Positions 30,331-41,192 of a stretch of 64,000 nucleotides of DNA are shown here, piece after piece. Both the position numbers and the translations under genes were made by a program. Origin of the DNA: Bacteroidota bacterium (GTDB taxonomy: Bacteria; Bacteroidota; Bacteroidia; Chitinophagales; Chitinophagaceae); the NCBI GenBank assembly GCA_029561305.1, contig JAKQJG010000128.1, forward strand, positions 9,318 through 73,317. Direction: 5' to 3'. The first letter of the stretch is position 1. Each line of letters starts with the position of its first letter. The notes under the pieces are model-generated. The model did no database searches and was not told the origin of the DNA. It worked only from the letters and a program-made list of their open reading frames with translations.

Positions 30331-30531
30331 AATAATGGACTCGTCCAACCTTACGCCAAGGGGCAGAGAGGACTTTGGAGAGTTAATATTTAAAAGTTAT
30401 AAATGATTGTAAGAGCAACTGCAAATTTTGTTTAGTATCCTGGCGTGAAAAGACAGGTATTCCTAACTTTTTCAAGGCCACCATGTGTAGAACTGAACAG
30501 CCATGCAGGCAACAAAAATACGACTACGGCA

Positions 30532-31527
30532 TCACTTTTTTATGAAGTTATGCAATCCAAATTGCAGGGCGATTACAAAACCCGCCATCAGCCAGTGCAA
30601 TAGCTTTGGAAACCATTTTACCTCCGGGTAAAAAAATGTGGCTCCAGTTGCGGCCGATAGGGGGATAGCGCACAGGATCCAGTATTCAAAACTATGACTT
30701 GCGTTGATAAATGGAATGCAAACCGCTACAATGAAATACAGGAACACCAGGCTCCAGCTTTTGCGGCTTTGCACCAATTGCCGGAAATAGTTTTTCCGGA
30801 TAAAATAAAAGCCAACCAGCGACGTAAACAGGACAATGATAATGGCACCTACAGCCCACACACTGTCATAAAATTGAGGCAGTGTAACAGACACTCCGGG
30901 CCATTTATAGTTCTTTAACCTGTCTGTTAAAAATACAAAACTTAATAAAAAATACCAGGGTGTTAAAATTCCCAGCAACGAAACAAGCCATTCTGCCAGC
31001 CTGAAAGGCCGAATGATCAACAGGCCGAATATCATTAATGCCGCAAAAGCAATGGAAGGGAAATAAAAAAATGTAGCAATACCAATGACTATCCCGGTAT
31101 TAAAGAGTGACCCATTGGCATTTTTTACATTGCTGAGTGAGCTCATCTTTGACCAAACCCATATCATCAGCGAACCTACAATCAGTGGCGCTGAAAGCAA
31201 ATTCCACTCTTTAAACAAGGACGTGATGAGCAGGTAACTCATCGCAATAAGATAGTTGGGTTTGGGCATTAATTTTTGCCCGTTTGCCAGTTGATTAAAG
31301 GTTATAGCCTGCGTAAACAGCAATAAAAAAGCGATGCTGGCATATACGGCAGGTAAGGGACCAGCTACTTTATCTAATTGTTGCAATAATAATTTGTAAA
31401 GAAAACCATCAGAGGATTGGGGCAAAGGTTTTACAGGAAATAAAAACATGGGCAGCTTCAGCACCAGGCCATACAATAGCAGTAAAAATGTATTGATGGG
31501 GTTATTGGCTTTAAAAGTGCCTGTCAC
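30532..31527 (-). CDS. Polytopic membrane protein (DUF6427-like)
   Basis: About 10 TM segments; family assignment from recall only. Confidence 0.7.
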   Translation of the reverse strand: MTGTFKANNPINTFLLLLYGLVLKLPMFLFPVKPLPQSSDGFLYKLLLQQLDKVAGPLPAVYASIAFLLLFTQAITFNQLANGQKLMPKPNYLIAMSYLLITSLFKEWNLLSAPLIVGSLMIWVWSKMSSLSNVKNANGSLFNTGIVIGIATFFYFPSIAFAALMIFGLLIIRPFRLAEWLVSLLGILTPWYFLLSFVFLTDRLKNYKWPGVSVTLPQFYDSVWAVGAIIIVLFTSLVGFYFIRKNYFRQLVQSRKSWSLVFLYFIVAVCIPFINASHSFEYWILCAIPLSAATGATFFYPEVKWFPKLLHWLMAGFVIALQFGLHNFIKK

Positions 31528-31749
31528 GAATGGTTATGATTTTGATTGCTGCAAAAATGAGTAATAAATACTGTGCGGCAAAAACTGTTTGGCTAGAGCC
31601 AGAAAATACACAGATACTTACCAGCTACAGATCGCTCAGATTAACAGAAGAAAGTTTGCTATTCAGCGGTACCGATGTACTTGAGATGTTTATTTATTAA
31701 ATCTATGTCAATCTGTGTGATGTTTGGCAGTACATTAACTGTGACTATA

Positions 31750-33264
31750 TCAAAAATCTATTTTGGCAAAACAAATCTGGCCCCGGTAAGTACAGGGAAC
31801 AATTAGCTGCCTGGCCCCCACCTGCTTGGCAAATTTTGGCATAAACTCAAATCCCTTTTCATAGGTGCGGAGCGTTGGGTTACGCTTTACCTTGCCATCT
31901 GGAGTCACAATATTATCCGAAAGCAACTTATCACGCTTTGTAATATCATTAAAGAGAAAATGTATTTCACCGGAAGTATTAAAAAGATTGAAGGAAAGAT
32001 AATTGTCATTTTCATCGGACACCTGTTGTTTATGAATGATATTTGTCCATTCGGGAATACCCGTTTTGGAAACACTTAAAATAAGTATGTTATCATTGTA
32101 ATAACGGATATTAGGATTACCAAAACTGTTAAATGGACGATACATACCGAAGTAGGAAGGCCTGTACATGTAATAATCATAGGGGGAGAAAAATGGTGAG
32201 CCGTAGAGATAATCAAAGCGGTTGAAATTATTCATACCTGACGACTGGCTTGTTTGGTCTTCGGCTGTAATAATGAAACTGCCATCCCTTTTCAATACTA
32301 CATTTCTTAAAAAAAAGTCATCAAAGGCAGATTTGTTCCGGCCAGTTGCCCTGGCTACAGCCCTTAGTTCGTCGTTAAACGCCGTAAACACACTGGCGTA
32401 ACTACTGTCCCCCGCTGCATCATAAATGTAGTTATACAACCCTTCAATATTACCGCTCCGTTCTGTGTAATACAGCGTGCTAACAATATATTTTTTATTC
32501 AGATTGTCAATCTTCACCATCACCTCGTCTGCAAAAGCGCTGTCGAAGGGCACTCTTTTTATTTTTAATGTATCTTCTCCGGGTGGCTTAATGAACAATG
32601 AAATCTTTGATCCGGCATCCCTGTGATTGGCCCGTTCCACATCACTAAATACAAAGTTGCCGTCATTATCGGCAAAGAAATCGCCAAAGCTATTTCTGCG
32701 GTCTTCATAGGGAATACTAAAGCGGCTCTGTTGGCGCAGCTGAAGATCTTTATCAAATAACTTTACTAAAAAGTTGGCTTGTTCATCTTTTCGCTGCATT
32801 TTAAATACCACAATGCTTTTCTTGTCATCGCTGTAAATAGAAGAATAAATTTTGTTATCCCCAACCGAGCCGATACTGGTGGTATCTAACTCAATTGCCT
32901 CATTTATTTTTTCCCCCTTTGCATCCACTTTTTGGGCCATACAATACAAAATTCCCTTTTTTTGATACTGGTAAATAAGCCATATATGTTCATTGTAAGC
33001 AATACAATCAACATTTAAGGTTTTAGAAGGCAGAAAATCCAGCTCTTGCTGCTTCACCAGCCGCATGCTGTCGTTAAAAAAATTCAGGGCATATTTCCAG
33101 CGTACATCCTTAAAAATAACGGTATTGCCATTCATTTTGCCAAGGATATCAAAGTTCATCGTCTGGATGTCATCCCGGTATGGCTCAGAAAAAGTTATCT
33201 GCTGTGCTCTTACGCCTATTGTGCATGAAAACAAAAGAAATATAGTTACAATCCTATTAATCAT
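31750..33264 (-). CDS. Secreted hypothetical protein
   Basis: Signal peptide ending VRA|Q; beta-rich 504 aa; no catalytic motif recognised. Confidence 0.75.
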   Translation of the reverse strand: MINRIVTIFLLFSCTIGVRAQQITFSEPYRDDIQTMNFDILGKMNGNTVIFKDVRWKYALNFFNDSMRLVKQQELDFLPSKTLNVDCIAYNEHIWLIYQYQKKGILYCMAQKVDAKGEKINEAIELDTTSIGSVGDNKIYSSIYSDDKKSIVVFKMQRKDEQANFLVKLFDKDLQLRQQSRFSIPYEDRRNSFGDFFADNDGNFVFSDVERANHRDAGSKISLFIKPPGEDTLKIKRVPFDSAFADEVMVKIDNLNKKYIVSTLYYTERSGNIEGLYNYIYDAAGDSSYASVFTAFNDELRAVARATGRNKSAFDDFFLRNVVLKRDGSFIITAEDQTSQSSGMNNFNRFDYLYGSPFFSPYDYYMYRPSYFGMYRPFNSFGNPNIRYYNDNILILSVSKTGIPEWTNIIHKQQVSDENDNYLSFNLFNTSGEIHFLFNDITKRDKLLSDNIVTPDGKVKRNPTLRTYEKGFEFMPKFAKQVGARQLIVPCTYRGQICFAKIDF

Positions 33265-33537
33265 ATTCTGTATTGTTTTAATCCTGATAAATGCAAGTTA
33301 TTATTATCTGTACGAAAGTTATGCCAGCAGTGATACATAAAATGCAAATATTTTACTGCCGGCTTCAGGCACTATATTTTACAATCAATTTCGTTTCTTG
33401 TTCAACTTTCAGGCGCTGCACAATGTTAATATGGATGCAGCCCTGTTGCTTTTTACATGAAACAACCATTATTTTTTAAAAACTGTTTACAAATGCTGTA
33501 ATCATAAACCCATAACTTACAGCAGGCTATCAATATT

Positions 33538-34467
33538 ATGCAAACAATTTTAATTACCGGGGGAACTGGCCTTGTAGGCAAAGTCCTTACGCAGCGCTTA
33601 CTTAAAAAAGGTTTTCGGGTTATCGTTCTTACAAGGAAAATACCTGTTACAGGGGCAACTGAGGGTTTGCAATATGCTTTGTGGAATGTGAAAGAAAAAA
33701 AGATTGACCTGGCAGCTGTTCAAAAGGCAGATCATATTATTCACCTTGCAGGTGCCGGCGTGGTTGACAAAAGATGGAGTGCTTCTTACAAAAAAGAAAT
33801 ACAAGAAAGCCGAACACAAAGCAGTGCGTTAATTGTTGACACGCTGAAAGAACATAACAACAAAGTACAAACAATTGTCAGTTCCTCCGCTATTGGATGG
33901 TATGGAGCCGATACTGCCGCTTCCCAGGAAACAGGTTTTACAGAAACATCCCCTGCCGACGGTCTGTTTTTAGGAGAAACATGCCGTCTTTGGGAAGAAA
34001 AGGTGGATGCTGCAACATTCATTGGTAAAAGAGTAGTAAAACTCAGAACAGGGATCGTATTGAGCAAGGATGGCGGCGCTTTAACAGAATTTAAAAAACC
34101 ATTAAAAGCCGGACTGGCTGCCATTCTTGGCAACGGTAAGCAAATGGTAAGCTGGATACATATCGACGACCTCTGCAGGATGTATATTGAAGCAATACAA
34201 AATACGGATATGCAGGGTGCCTATAATGCAGTAGCTCCTAAACCAGTCACCAATAAAATTCTTACGCTTGGGCTGGCAAAGATTGTGAGAGGTAAATTTT
34301 TTATACCTGTGTATGTTCCTGCTTTTGTATTAAAAATAATGCTCGGAGAAAGCAGTATTGAAGTATTAAAAAGCTGCACCGTGAGTTGTGAAAAAATCAA
34401 AAAGGCCGGGTTTACTTTTTTATATCCAGACATTGAACCGGCATTGGTACAACTCTGCAGGGAATAA
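33538..34467 (+). CDS. TIGR01777 (YfcH-like) NAD-dependent epimerase family protein
   Basis: ITGGTGLVG, HLAGAG, LRTGIVLS, WIHIDD. Confidence 0.92.
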   Translation: MQTILITGGTGLVGKVLTQRLLKKGFRVIVLTRKIPVTGATEGLQYALWNVKEKKIDLAAVQKADHIIHLAGAGVVDKRWSASYKKEIQESRTQSSALIVDTLKEHNNKVQTIVSSSAIGWYGADTAASQETGFTETSPADGLFLGETCRLWEEKVDAATFIGKRVVKLRTGIVLSKDGGALTEFKKPLKAGLAAILGNGKQMVSWIHIDDLCRMYIEAIQNTDMQGAYNAVAPKPVTNKILTLGLAKIVRGKFFIPVYVPAFVLKIMLGESSIEVLKSCTVSCEKIKKAGFTFLYPDIEPALVQLCRE

Positions 34468-35301
34468 CTACAAATCTGTTTTAATGATCCTGCTCCTGCT
34501 CCAAACATAAAATATTGCCAGGTATAATATCGCCAAACCAAAAATCAGCCAACTATACGTATGCGGCGCCACTGATGAATTCTTTGCCATATCTGTAACT
34601 ACATTTTTGGGAAATGTAAGCAAAGCATCCGAAGCATTCATTGGGAGGTAGTCGCCCATGTTTCCAATATCAAAACCGTTTTGCACCTTCAGATAAAAAG
34701 ACAATCCTTCCAAAAGAGCAGAAATAAAATTTTCAAAAAACATATAAACAAAATACAACCCAATGGCAAATCCGGTTTTCCTAATCAGTACGCCAAACAG
34801 CAGGGCTACCATATTATAAGTAAGCGACTTTAGAAAGAAATAACCCACTGCCTCAATATTCTCAAAAGAAAAAGATGTACCGGATGCAAAACCAAAGACC
34901 AGCCCCGTTAAAAAAACCAATAAGGTGGATGCCAACGCCGCTATGACTACCAACGCCAGTTTTACATTAAAGAATTCGCTTCGGCTCCATCCATCCAGAA
35001 TATTTTGCCTGTGTGTGCGGAAGTTAAATTCATTTGTAATTAAAAGTATGAGCAAGAGACCCGGCAATAGCAGCAAAAAACCGGAAACATAACTGGTTGT
35101 TTGCCATGTATGGGCAAAGTCGTAAAATTTGATCGATGATATCAAACCCGGCGTAGGGTCGCTTTTATCAATCACATTTGTTTTAAAAACATATACGGCA
35201 TAGTTAGCCCCCACAACACCCAATGCAAAAAACAGGCTGAGTACAATAAATGCAGAATAGTTTTTTATTTTAAGCCATTCTATTTTGAGTAATTCGGTCA
35301 T
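34468..35301 (-). CDS. ABC-2 type transporter permease
   Basis: LLKIEWLK start, ITNEFNFRTHRQNILDGWSR, 6 TM. Confidence 0.88.
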   Translation of the reverse strand: MTELLKIEWLKIKNYSAFIVLSLFFALGVVGANYAVYVFKTNVIDKSDPTPGLISSIKFYDFAHTWQTTSYVSGFLLLLPGLLLILLITNEFNFRTHRQNILDGWSRSEFFNVKLALVVIAALASTLLVFLTGLVFGFASGTSFSFENIEAVGYFFLKSLTYNMVALLFGVLIRKTGFAIGLYFVYMFFENFISALLEGLSFYLKVQNGFDIGNMGDYLPMNASDALLTFPKNVVTDMAKNSSVAPHTYSWLIFGLAILYLAIFYVWSRSRIIKTDL

Positions 35302-35305
35302 CAGG

Positions 35306-36193
35306 TTAGTTTGTAAGTTCAAAAAATTTGGATTCAAGGCTTTTCTTTTTCACCTGCAGGCCGTTCAACACCACACCGTGTTCAAAAAAACTGCGGTTGA
35401 TCTGCTCAAGATCAGCGGTACCCAGTGGATAAAACAATTTCAGGATATTTTCTTCCGCTTTTAGGTTGGTGTAACCACTTAATGTTTTGGCCACCTGTTG
35501 CAGTTTATTCATATCGGCAGCGCTGATTTCTACTATGTCTTCATTTGCCAAAATATCATTTACATGGCCTGCTGCGATCAATTCCCCTTTTTTTAGTATT
35601 GCCACATGCGTACATACTTTTTCCACTTCATCCAGCAGGTGGCTTGCCATAATGATGGTTTTACCCTGCTGGTGCAGTTTTTTTATCAGTTCCCTTGTTT
35701 CAGCAATTCCCACCGGGTCAAGGCCATTGGTTGGTTCATCTAAAATAAGCACGTTGGGGTTGCCCAATAAACAGGAAGCAATAGCAAGCCGCTGTTTCAT
35801 TCCCAGTGAGTAAGTACTGAACCGGCTGTCTTTTCTTTGGGTAAGATTTACAACCTCTATAACCCTGTCAATATCGTCACCACCTCTTTGTTTAATGGCA
35901 GCGGATATCCGGAGGTTTCGTACAGCAGACAAATAATGATAAAAATTAGGCGTTTCCAAGAAGGTACCCATCTGTCTTCTGTGGCTTTCATTGGGCTCTT
36001 CATTAAACAGTTTGTAAGAGCCTGCTGTGGGTTTTAAAATATCCGTAATTAAACCGAGTAAAGTCGTTTTTCCGCTGCCGTTAGGGCCAAGTATGCCAAA
36101 GACCGCTCCTTCGGGAACAGAAAAGCTTACACCTTTCAAAGCTTGTATCCTTCCATAATCTTTACGAAGGTTTTCAACTGTTAAGACTGCCAT
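35306..36193 (-). CDS. ABC transporter ATP-binding protein (BcrA-like)
   Basis: GPNGSGKT, YSLGMKQR, ILDEPTNGLD. Confidence 0.94.
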   Translation of the reverse strand: MAVLTVENLRKDYGRIQALKGVSFSVPEGAVFGILGPNGSGKTTLLGLITDILKPTAGSYKLFNEEPNESHRRQMGTFLETPNFYHYLSAVRNLRISAAIKQRGGDDIDRVIEVVNLTQRKDSRFSTYSLGMKQRLAIASCLLGNPNVLILDEPTNGLDPVGIAETRELIKKLHQQGKTIIMASHLLDEVEKVCTHVAILKKGELIAAGHVNDILANEDIVEISAADMNKLQQVAKTLSGYTNLKAEENILKLFYPLGTADLEQINRSFFEHGVVLNGLQVKKKSLESKFFELTN

Positions 36194-36277
36194 AATCTAT
36201 TATCAAAATATTTGTAAAAAGGAAAGATAGCGGATTTTGTGTCAATGGTATTTCAAATTTTTTATAAGCGGCAGCAT

Positions 36278-36934
36278 TCATAAACAGGCCTCATGCCATA
36301 AAGATGAGAATTCACCCAATGTAGCAAAGCCCTGTTCATTAAAATCCAGTTTGTGCAAATTCAGATTGTCAATATCCTGTTGTAATACTTTTCTTGAAAC
36401 GGGATTCATGGTACCACCGTTAAAATTTTCACCAGCCCTGGCATTGGGATTATATTGAAACACCGCATCAACAATGGTACCCCTTGGATACATGATGCCC
36501 GGCACTCCCTTGCCTCTTATATCGAGGTTGTAAGGATGTATCAAGCCGATGGTATGTCCATATTCATGTGCCGCAGTAGTGGAATCCTGTAAAAGATTTT
36601 GCAGTAAAAAATAGCCTGTATTACAACCAATGGCATCTACAAAAGACACTTCCATTGGAGAGGTCTCTTCTATTCTAAAATAATTATTCCTTGGATTGGT
36701 GTTTTCGAATACTTCTATGGGTGCAAGGTTTTCCCTGTAAAAGCCTTCTATGTGAAACTGAACTTTGAAAGGGTGGTTTTTAATTCTGGTAAAAAATTCG
36801 CCCTCATTCCAGTGTTGCCGGATATCATTTGCTACCTGCCTGCTCAATGCTTCTGTAGCCGCATTACCATAAAAAAAGAAGGTGGAGTGAATCAGGAGAA
36901 GGTGCTGCTGTGGTATGAGTTCGGCGTGGCCCAA
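36278..36934 (-). CDS. Zinc metallopeptidase (metzincin/M10-like)
   Basis: AAHEYGHTIGLIH zinc motif and IMYP Met-turn; probable TTG start at 36934. Confidence 0.75.
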   Translation of the reverse strand: MGHAELIPQQHLLLIHSTFFFYGNAATEALSRQVANDIRQHWNEGEFFTRIKNHPFKVQFHIEGFYRENLAPIEVFENTNPRNNYFRIEETSPMEVSFVDAIGCNTGYFLLQNLLQDSTTAAHEYGHTIGLIHPYNLDIRGKGVPGIMYPRGTIVDAVFQYNPNARAGENFNGGTMNPVSRKVLQQDIDNLNLHKLDFNEQGFATLGEFSSLWHEACL

Positions 36935-37011
36935 GTTAATTATATTGAGAATGAAGTTACTATTTATAAAATTGAACTTATTTGATTTAAATTGTATAAA
37001 TTTCTCCTGCA

Positions 37012-38097
37012 ATGAAAAACTTACAAGTTGATGCCAATATCGCCAAAGCCAAAACGCTTAACACGGACTTTTACACTTCTGGAGAACATTTAGCAGCAGC
37101 CAAAGAAAAAATCTTTGCCCCTTCCTGGCAATTTATCGGCAGTAAGGAAATGATAAAGTTCAATGGTGACGTGGTGCCGGTTACATTACTGCAGGATTAT
37201 ATGAACGAACCGCTGTTGCTGACGAAAGATAAAGAGGGCGCCATTCATTGCCTGAGTAATGTGTGTACTCACCGGGGCAACCTGGTGGCCTACAAAGCCT
37301 GCAGTAAAGCCCATACCCTTCGTTGCAAATACCATGGCCGTTTGTTTGAGCTCTCTGGCAAATTTATTTCTATGCCGGAGTTTAAAGAAGTGATTAACTT
37401 CCCTTGTGAAGATGATAACCTTCCCTCACTGCCATTATTTGAATGGGGCAACTTGCTGTTTACTTCCCTGCAGTCAGCACAAAACAGCAATGTTTATTTC
37501 CAGGAAATGATGGAGCGGCTGAACTGGTTGCCCATACATGAATTTACGCACCGGCCCGACCTCAGTAAAACCTTTGAGATGGATGCCAACTGGGCTTTGT
37601 ATTGTGAAAATTACCTGGAAGGCTTTCATATTCCATTTGTACATGCTTCGCTGAATGCAGCATTAAGTTTCGGTGACTATACCACAGAGTTATATCCCCG
37701 GAGTGTTTTACAAATAGGTGTTGGAAAAAATGAAGAAGATTGTTTTGAGCTACCCGAAAGTTCGGAAGACTATGGCACTAACGTAGCTGCGTATTACTAT
37801 TGGGTGTATCCCAACATGATGTTCAATTTTTATCCATGGGGTTTATCGGTAAATATCGTAAACCCAGTAAGCGTAAATAAAACCCGGGTGGAGTTTATTG
37901 TTTTTATGTGGAAGGAAGATAAATATGATAAGGGTGCCGGAAGCGATCTTGACAAAGTGGAAGTGGAAGATGAAGAAATAGTGGAGAATGTACAGAAAGG
38001 TATTGTGAGCAGGTTTTATAAACACGGCCGCTATTCTGTTACAAGAGAAACAGGTACGCATCATTTTCATAGGATGATTGCGGATAGTATGAAGTAA
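37012..38097 (+). CDS. Rieske non-heme iron oxygenase alpha subunit (choline monooxygenase-like)
   Basis: CTHRG...CKYHG Rieske ligands; ENYLEGFHIPFVH mononuclear Fe site. Confidence 0.9.
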   Translation: MKNLQVDANIAKAKTLNTDFYTSGEHLAAAKEKIFAPSWQFIGSKEMIKFNGDVVPVTLLQDYMNEPLLLTKDKEGAIHCLSNVCTHRGNLVAYKACSKAHTLRCKYHGRLFELSGKFISMPEFKEVINFPCEDDNLPSLPLFEWGNLLFTSLQSAQNSNVYFQEMMERLNWLPIHEFTHRPDLSKTFEMDANWALYCENYLEGFHIPFVHASLNAALSFGDYTTELYPRSVLQIGVGKNEEDCFELPESSEDYGTNVAAYYYWVYPNMMFNFYPWGLSVNIVNPVSVNKTRVEFIVFMWKEDKYDKGAGSDLDKVEVEDEEIVENVQKGIVSRFYKHGRYSVTRETGTHHFHRMIADSMK

Positions 38098-38127
38098 TTG
38101 AAAATGACATAATTGATAATTTACCTG

Positions 38128-39582
38128 ATGCTGCAACCAACTCTTTCCCGTAAAATTGGCCTTTGGACAACCGTAAGTCTGGTGGCAGGCAGTATCATCG
38201 GCAGCAGTATTTTTATGAAGCCGGCGATAATGGCTGGTCAATTAGGCTCTCCGTTGCTGTTAGTAGGTGTGTGGATTGCCGCAGGCCTCATTTCTTTGAT
38301 GGGTGCAGCGGTTAATGCAGAGATCGGCGCCATGCTTCCTGTTACAGGGGGACAATATGTTTTTTTTCAAAAAATGTACGGCAGCTTTTTTGCTTACCTC
38401 TATGGGTGGGCGGCGTTTGCCGTTATCAATACTGCGAGTATCGCTTCTATCGCTTTTATCTTTTCACAATATGCCGAAACATTTGTATCACTGCCGCGTT
38501 TTTCGCAGGGTGTTGAACAATCTATACATTGGTACATTCCTTTTATAGGCAAATTGTACCCGCTTGAAAATGCAGGTGTAAAAACACTTACCATCATTTT
38601 GATTGTTGTGCTTACCTGGGTAAACTGCCGCAGTGTAAAAGCAGGTGGAAGGGTGCAGGTACTCTTTTCTGCTGCTAAAATTATGGCGCTGGTACTAATG
38701 GTGTGTATGTTGTTTTTTTCGGGCAAAGGAGATGTTGCTCATTTTACTGAACCTTCTTCCACCATTCATTTAAGCGGCACAGCCCTGGTGGCAGGTATCA
38801 TCGCAGCCATGAGCGGTGCTTTTGCAGCGTATGATGGATGGAACAATATTAGTTTTGTAGCCGGCGAGATAAAAGAACCTGGAAGAAATATTCCCAAAGG
38901 ATTATTCATTGGACTTGTTACCTGTATTATCCTGTATGTAATTACTAACCTCGCTTACTTGTATATTTTACCTGTTGATACCATGGCCGGTTCTTCGCTG
39001 GTAGCAACAGATGCGCTTACACCTGTAGCCGGAAATGCAGGTGCTGGTTTAATTGCATTGCTGGTAATGGTTTCATCACTGGGCTGCACCAACGGCAATA
39101 TACTGGCCTGTGCAAGGGTAAGTTTTGAAATGTCCAGGCAGGGTTGTTTTTTTGCTTCTACCGGTAAGGTACACCCGAAATACCAAACGCCGGCCAATGC
39201 ATTGTGGCTTCACACATTAGTCAGCTGTCTTTTTGTAGTGAGCGGTTCATTCGACATGCTAACGGACCTTTTCATATTTGTTACATGGATATTTTATGGT
39301 TTTGGTGCATACGGAATTTTTATCCTCCGGAGAAAAATGCCCGCTGCAGAACGTCCTTATAAAGTGCATGGATATCCCTGGCTGCCGCTGGTATTTGTAT
39401 TATTTACTGCCTTTTATTTTGTGATGACATTATACACCGATATCAGTAATTATGTTTCGGGAAAAACACAATTCATCAGTTCTGTATTTGGTCTTCTCCT
39501 GGTACTGGCCGGCGTACCTTTGTATTTTTATTTCAGGATGAAAAGAAAGGAAGCAGGAAACTCTTCTACGACTGCAGCATAA
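38128..39582 (+). CDS. APC-family amino acid permease
   Basis: IIGSSIF, AEIGAMLP.TGG.Y, YDGWN, RPYKV.GYPW. Confidence 0.92.
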   Translation: MLQPTLSRKIGLWTTVSLVAGSIIGSSIFMKPAIMAGQLGSPLLLVGVWIAAGLISLMGAAVNAEIGAMLPVTGGQYVFFQKMYGSFFAYLYGWAAFAVINTASIASIAFIFSQYAETFVSLPRFSQGVEQSIHWYIPFIGKLYPLENAGVKTLTIILIVVLTWVNCRSVKAGGRVQVLFSAAKIMALVLMVCMLFFSGKGDVAHFTEPSSTIHLSGTALVAGIIAAMSGAFAAYDGWNNISFVAGEIKEPGRNIPKGLFIGLVTCIILYVITNLAYLYILPVDTMAGSSLVATDALTPVAGNAGAGLIALLVMVSSLGCTNGNILACARVSFEMSRQGCFFASTGKVHPKYQTPANALWLHTLVSCLFVVSGSFDMLTDLFIFVTWIFYGFGAYGIFILRRKMPAAERPYKVHGYPWLPLVFVLFTAFYFVMTLYTDISNYVSGKTQFISSVFGLLLVLAGVPLYFYFRMKRKEAGNSSTTAA

Positions 39583-40414
39583 GCGCTTTTATTTCTTTTA
39601 CCACTTCAAAATGTGCTGGCGTCATCTCGTCATGCCAGGCAATACCGATCTTTTTAAAATCGAAATGACGGAGTATGGTCCCGGTGTTTTTGAGTGTACC
39701 ATCTGTATTGGTACCATACCCCAATACATACAATGAATCTGCCAGCTCCACAGCCAGTTCAATATCATGGGTACTAAAGATAACCGTATTGAGTTCGTGA
39801 CTTTTATTGATGAGTGCCAGCGATTTCTTTACGTTTTGGATATTGCCGACATCCAAACCTGAGAAGGGCTCATCCAGCACCATATAATAACCAGAGCTTA
39901 ATAACTGCTCAAGGATGGCAGTACGCTGGCGCTGTCCGCCAGATAATTCATTTGGATACTGGTTCTTCGCAGCCTCAAGCCCCCACTCTACCAGGTATTG
40001 CATGATCTTGTCATGCTTCTCCGATTCACTGCCCGCTGCATTACGTAGCGCAAACCTGAGTGCCTGGTAAATGGTTTTGTGCCTGAACAAAGTGTATCGC
40101 TGGTTAACAAAACCCACATCGCCTTCTGCTACTTCTTTCGCTGGCTGCTGACCGTTAGTAACAGCCTGGTTATAATCAGGAATCAATACGGTTCCGCTGG
40201 TTGGTTGTTCCAGCCCGGTAAGTGCCCTGAATAAGGTTGATTTGCCCCTGCCCGATCTTCCAACAAAGGCAATGGTTTGCCCCTGGGTAGTACCTGGCCT
40301 TATCACATTTTTTTCTTCTAAATTAATATCTGAAATAATTACTTTGCTTCCATAAGCAATGCTGAGATTGCTTACATGGAGTATGGTATCTTTTTGTTCG
40401 TATGCTGTTGCCAT
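39566..40414 (-). CDS. ABC importer ATP-binding protein (TauB/SsuB-like)
   Basis: GRSGRGKST, LSGGQRQR, VLDEPFSGLD, STHD. Confidence 0.92.
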   Translation of the reverse strand: MATAYEQKDTILHVSNLSIAYGSKVIISDINLEEKNVIRPGTTQGQTIAFVGRSGRGKSTLFRALTGLEQPTSGTVLIPDYNQAVTNGQQPAKEVAEGDVGFVNQRYTLFRHKTIYQALRFALRNAAGSESEKHDKIMQYLVEWGLEAAKNQYPNELSGGQRQRTAILEQLLSSGYYMVLDEPFSGLDVGNIQNVKKSLALINKSHELNTVIFSTHDIELAVELADSLYVLGYGTNTDGTLKNTGTILRHFDFKKIGIAWHDEMTPAHFEVVKEIKALMLQS

Positions 40415-40417
40415 TGA

Positions 40418-41191
40418 TCAGTAAGTTGAGTAGCGGAACAATCCTTTTCTTGTAGTTTGTAATACCCAATCAAGCGCCAGCCCAATAAGCAGGATGATGA
40501 TCTGCAATGCCACAATGCGGCCATGATTGGCAAACTTATCACTGTTTTTGATGAGTACCCCCAGACCGCCAGCGGCTACGAGGATAGACTCTACCGTTAC
40601 CAGCATCATCCAAATAATGGCGAGGTTCTGCCGCAGTACATCCAGCACATAATCAAGCCTGCCTTTTATCACCACCTCCCACAATATTTCCCAGCGGCTG
40701 CATTTAAGTGACCGGGCATGATCTATCTCTTCTTCAGGGATATCTTTTAAAACAGCCAGCAAAGAAGTAATAAAATACAAACTCATAAATACCACCAGCA
40801 CCCATACCTGCATGTTTCTTGCACCACTTACTAATATGGATAGGTAAAAAGTAATACCTGTAAGCGGGAGATAGCGTAGCCGGCTTAAAAAAACCGCTAC
40901 CGGCCTTAAAGCCGGCAGCGGTGATAAATAAACTACAATAAGTGAAATAACAAGTGAGATGGCAGCAGCCTGGAGGCAAAGTCCCAGCGAGCTTGCAATA
41001 TGCACCACCAGACCTTCGGCGTACAAGGATTTTAAACCGCTCCATACCTGGGCCGGAGTCGGGAATAAATTTTTACTGCCAAAAGAAGAAAATATCCAGT
41101 AACCAATGACCAGCACTACCCACACCAGCATGATCATCATTCGCCGGCTTTTTGACACTTCTTCAAAAGGCCTGAATAATTTCTTTATCAT
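40418..41191 (-). CDS. ABC importer permease (TauC/SsuC-like)
   Basis: FPTPAQVW, EAA-like EEIDHARSLKCSRWEILWEVV, GGLG motif. Confidence 0.9.
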   Translation of the reverse strand: MIKKLFRPFEEVSKSRRMMIMLVWVVLVIGYWIFSSFGSKNLFPTPAQVWSGLKSLYAEGLVVHIASSLGLCLQAAAISLVISLIVVYLSPLPALRPVAVFLSRLRYLPLTGITFYLSILVSGARNMQVWVLVVFMSLYFITSLLAVLKDIPEEEIDHARSLKCSRWEILWEVVIKGRLDYVLDVLRQNLAIIWMMLVTVESILVAAGGLGVLIKNSDKFANHGRIVALQIIILLIGLALDWVLQTTRKGLFRYSTY

Positions 41192-41192
41192 T

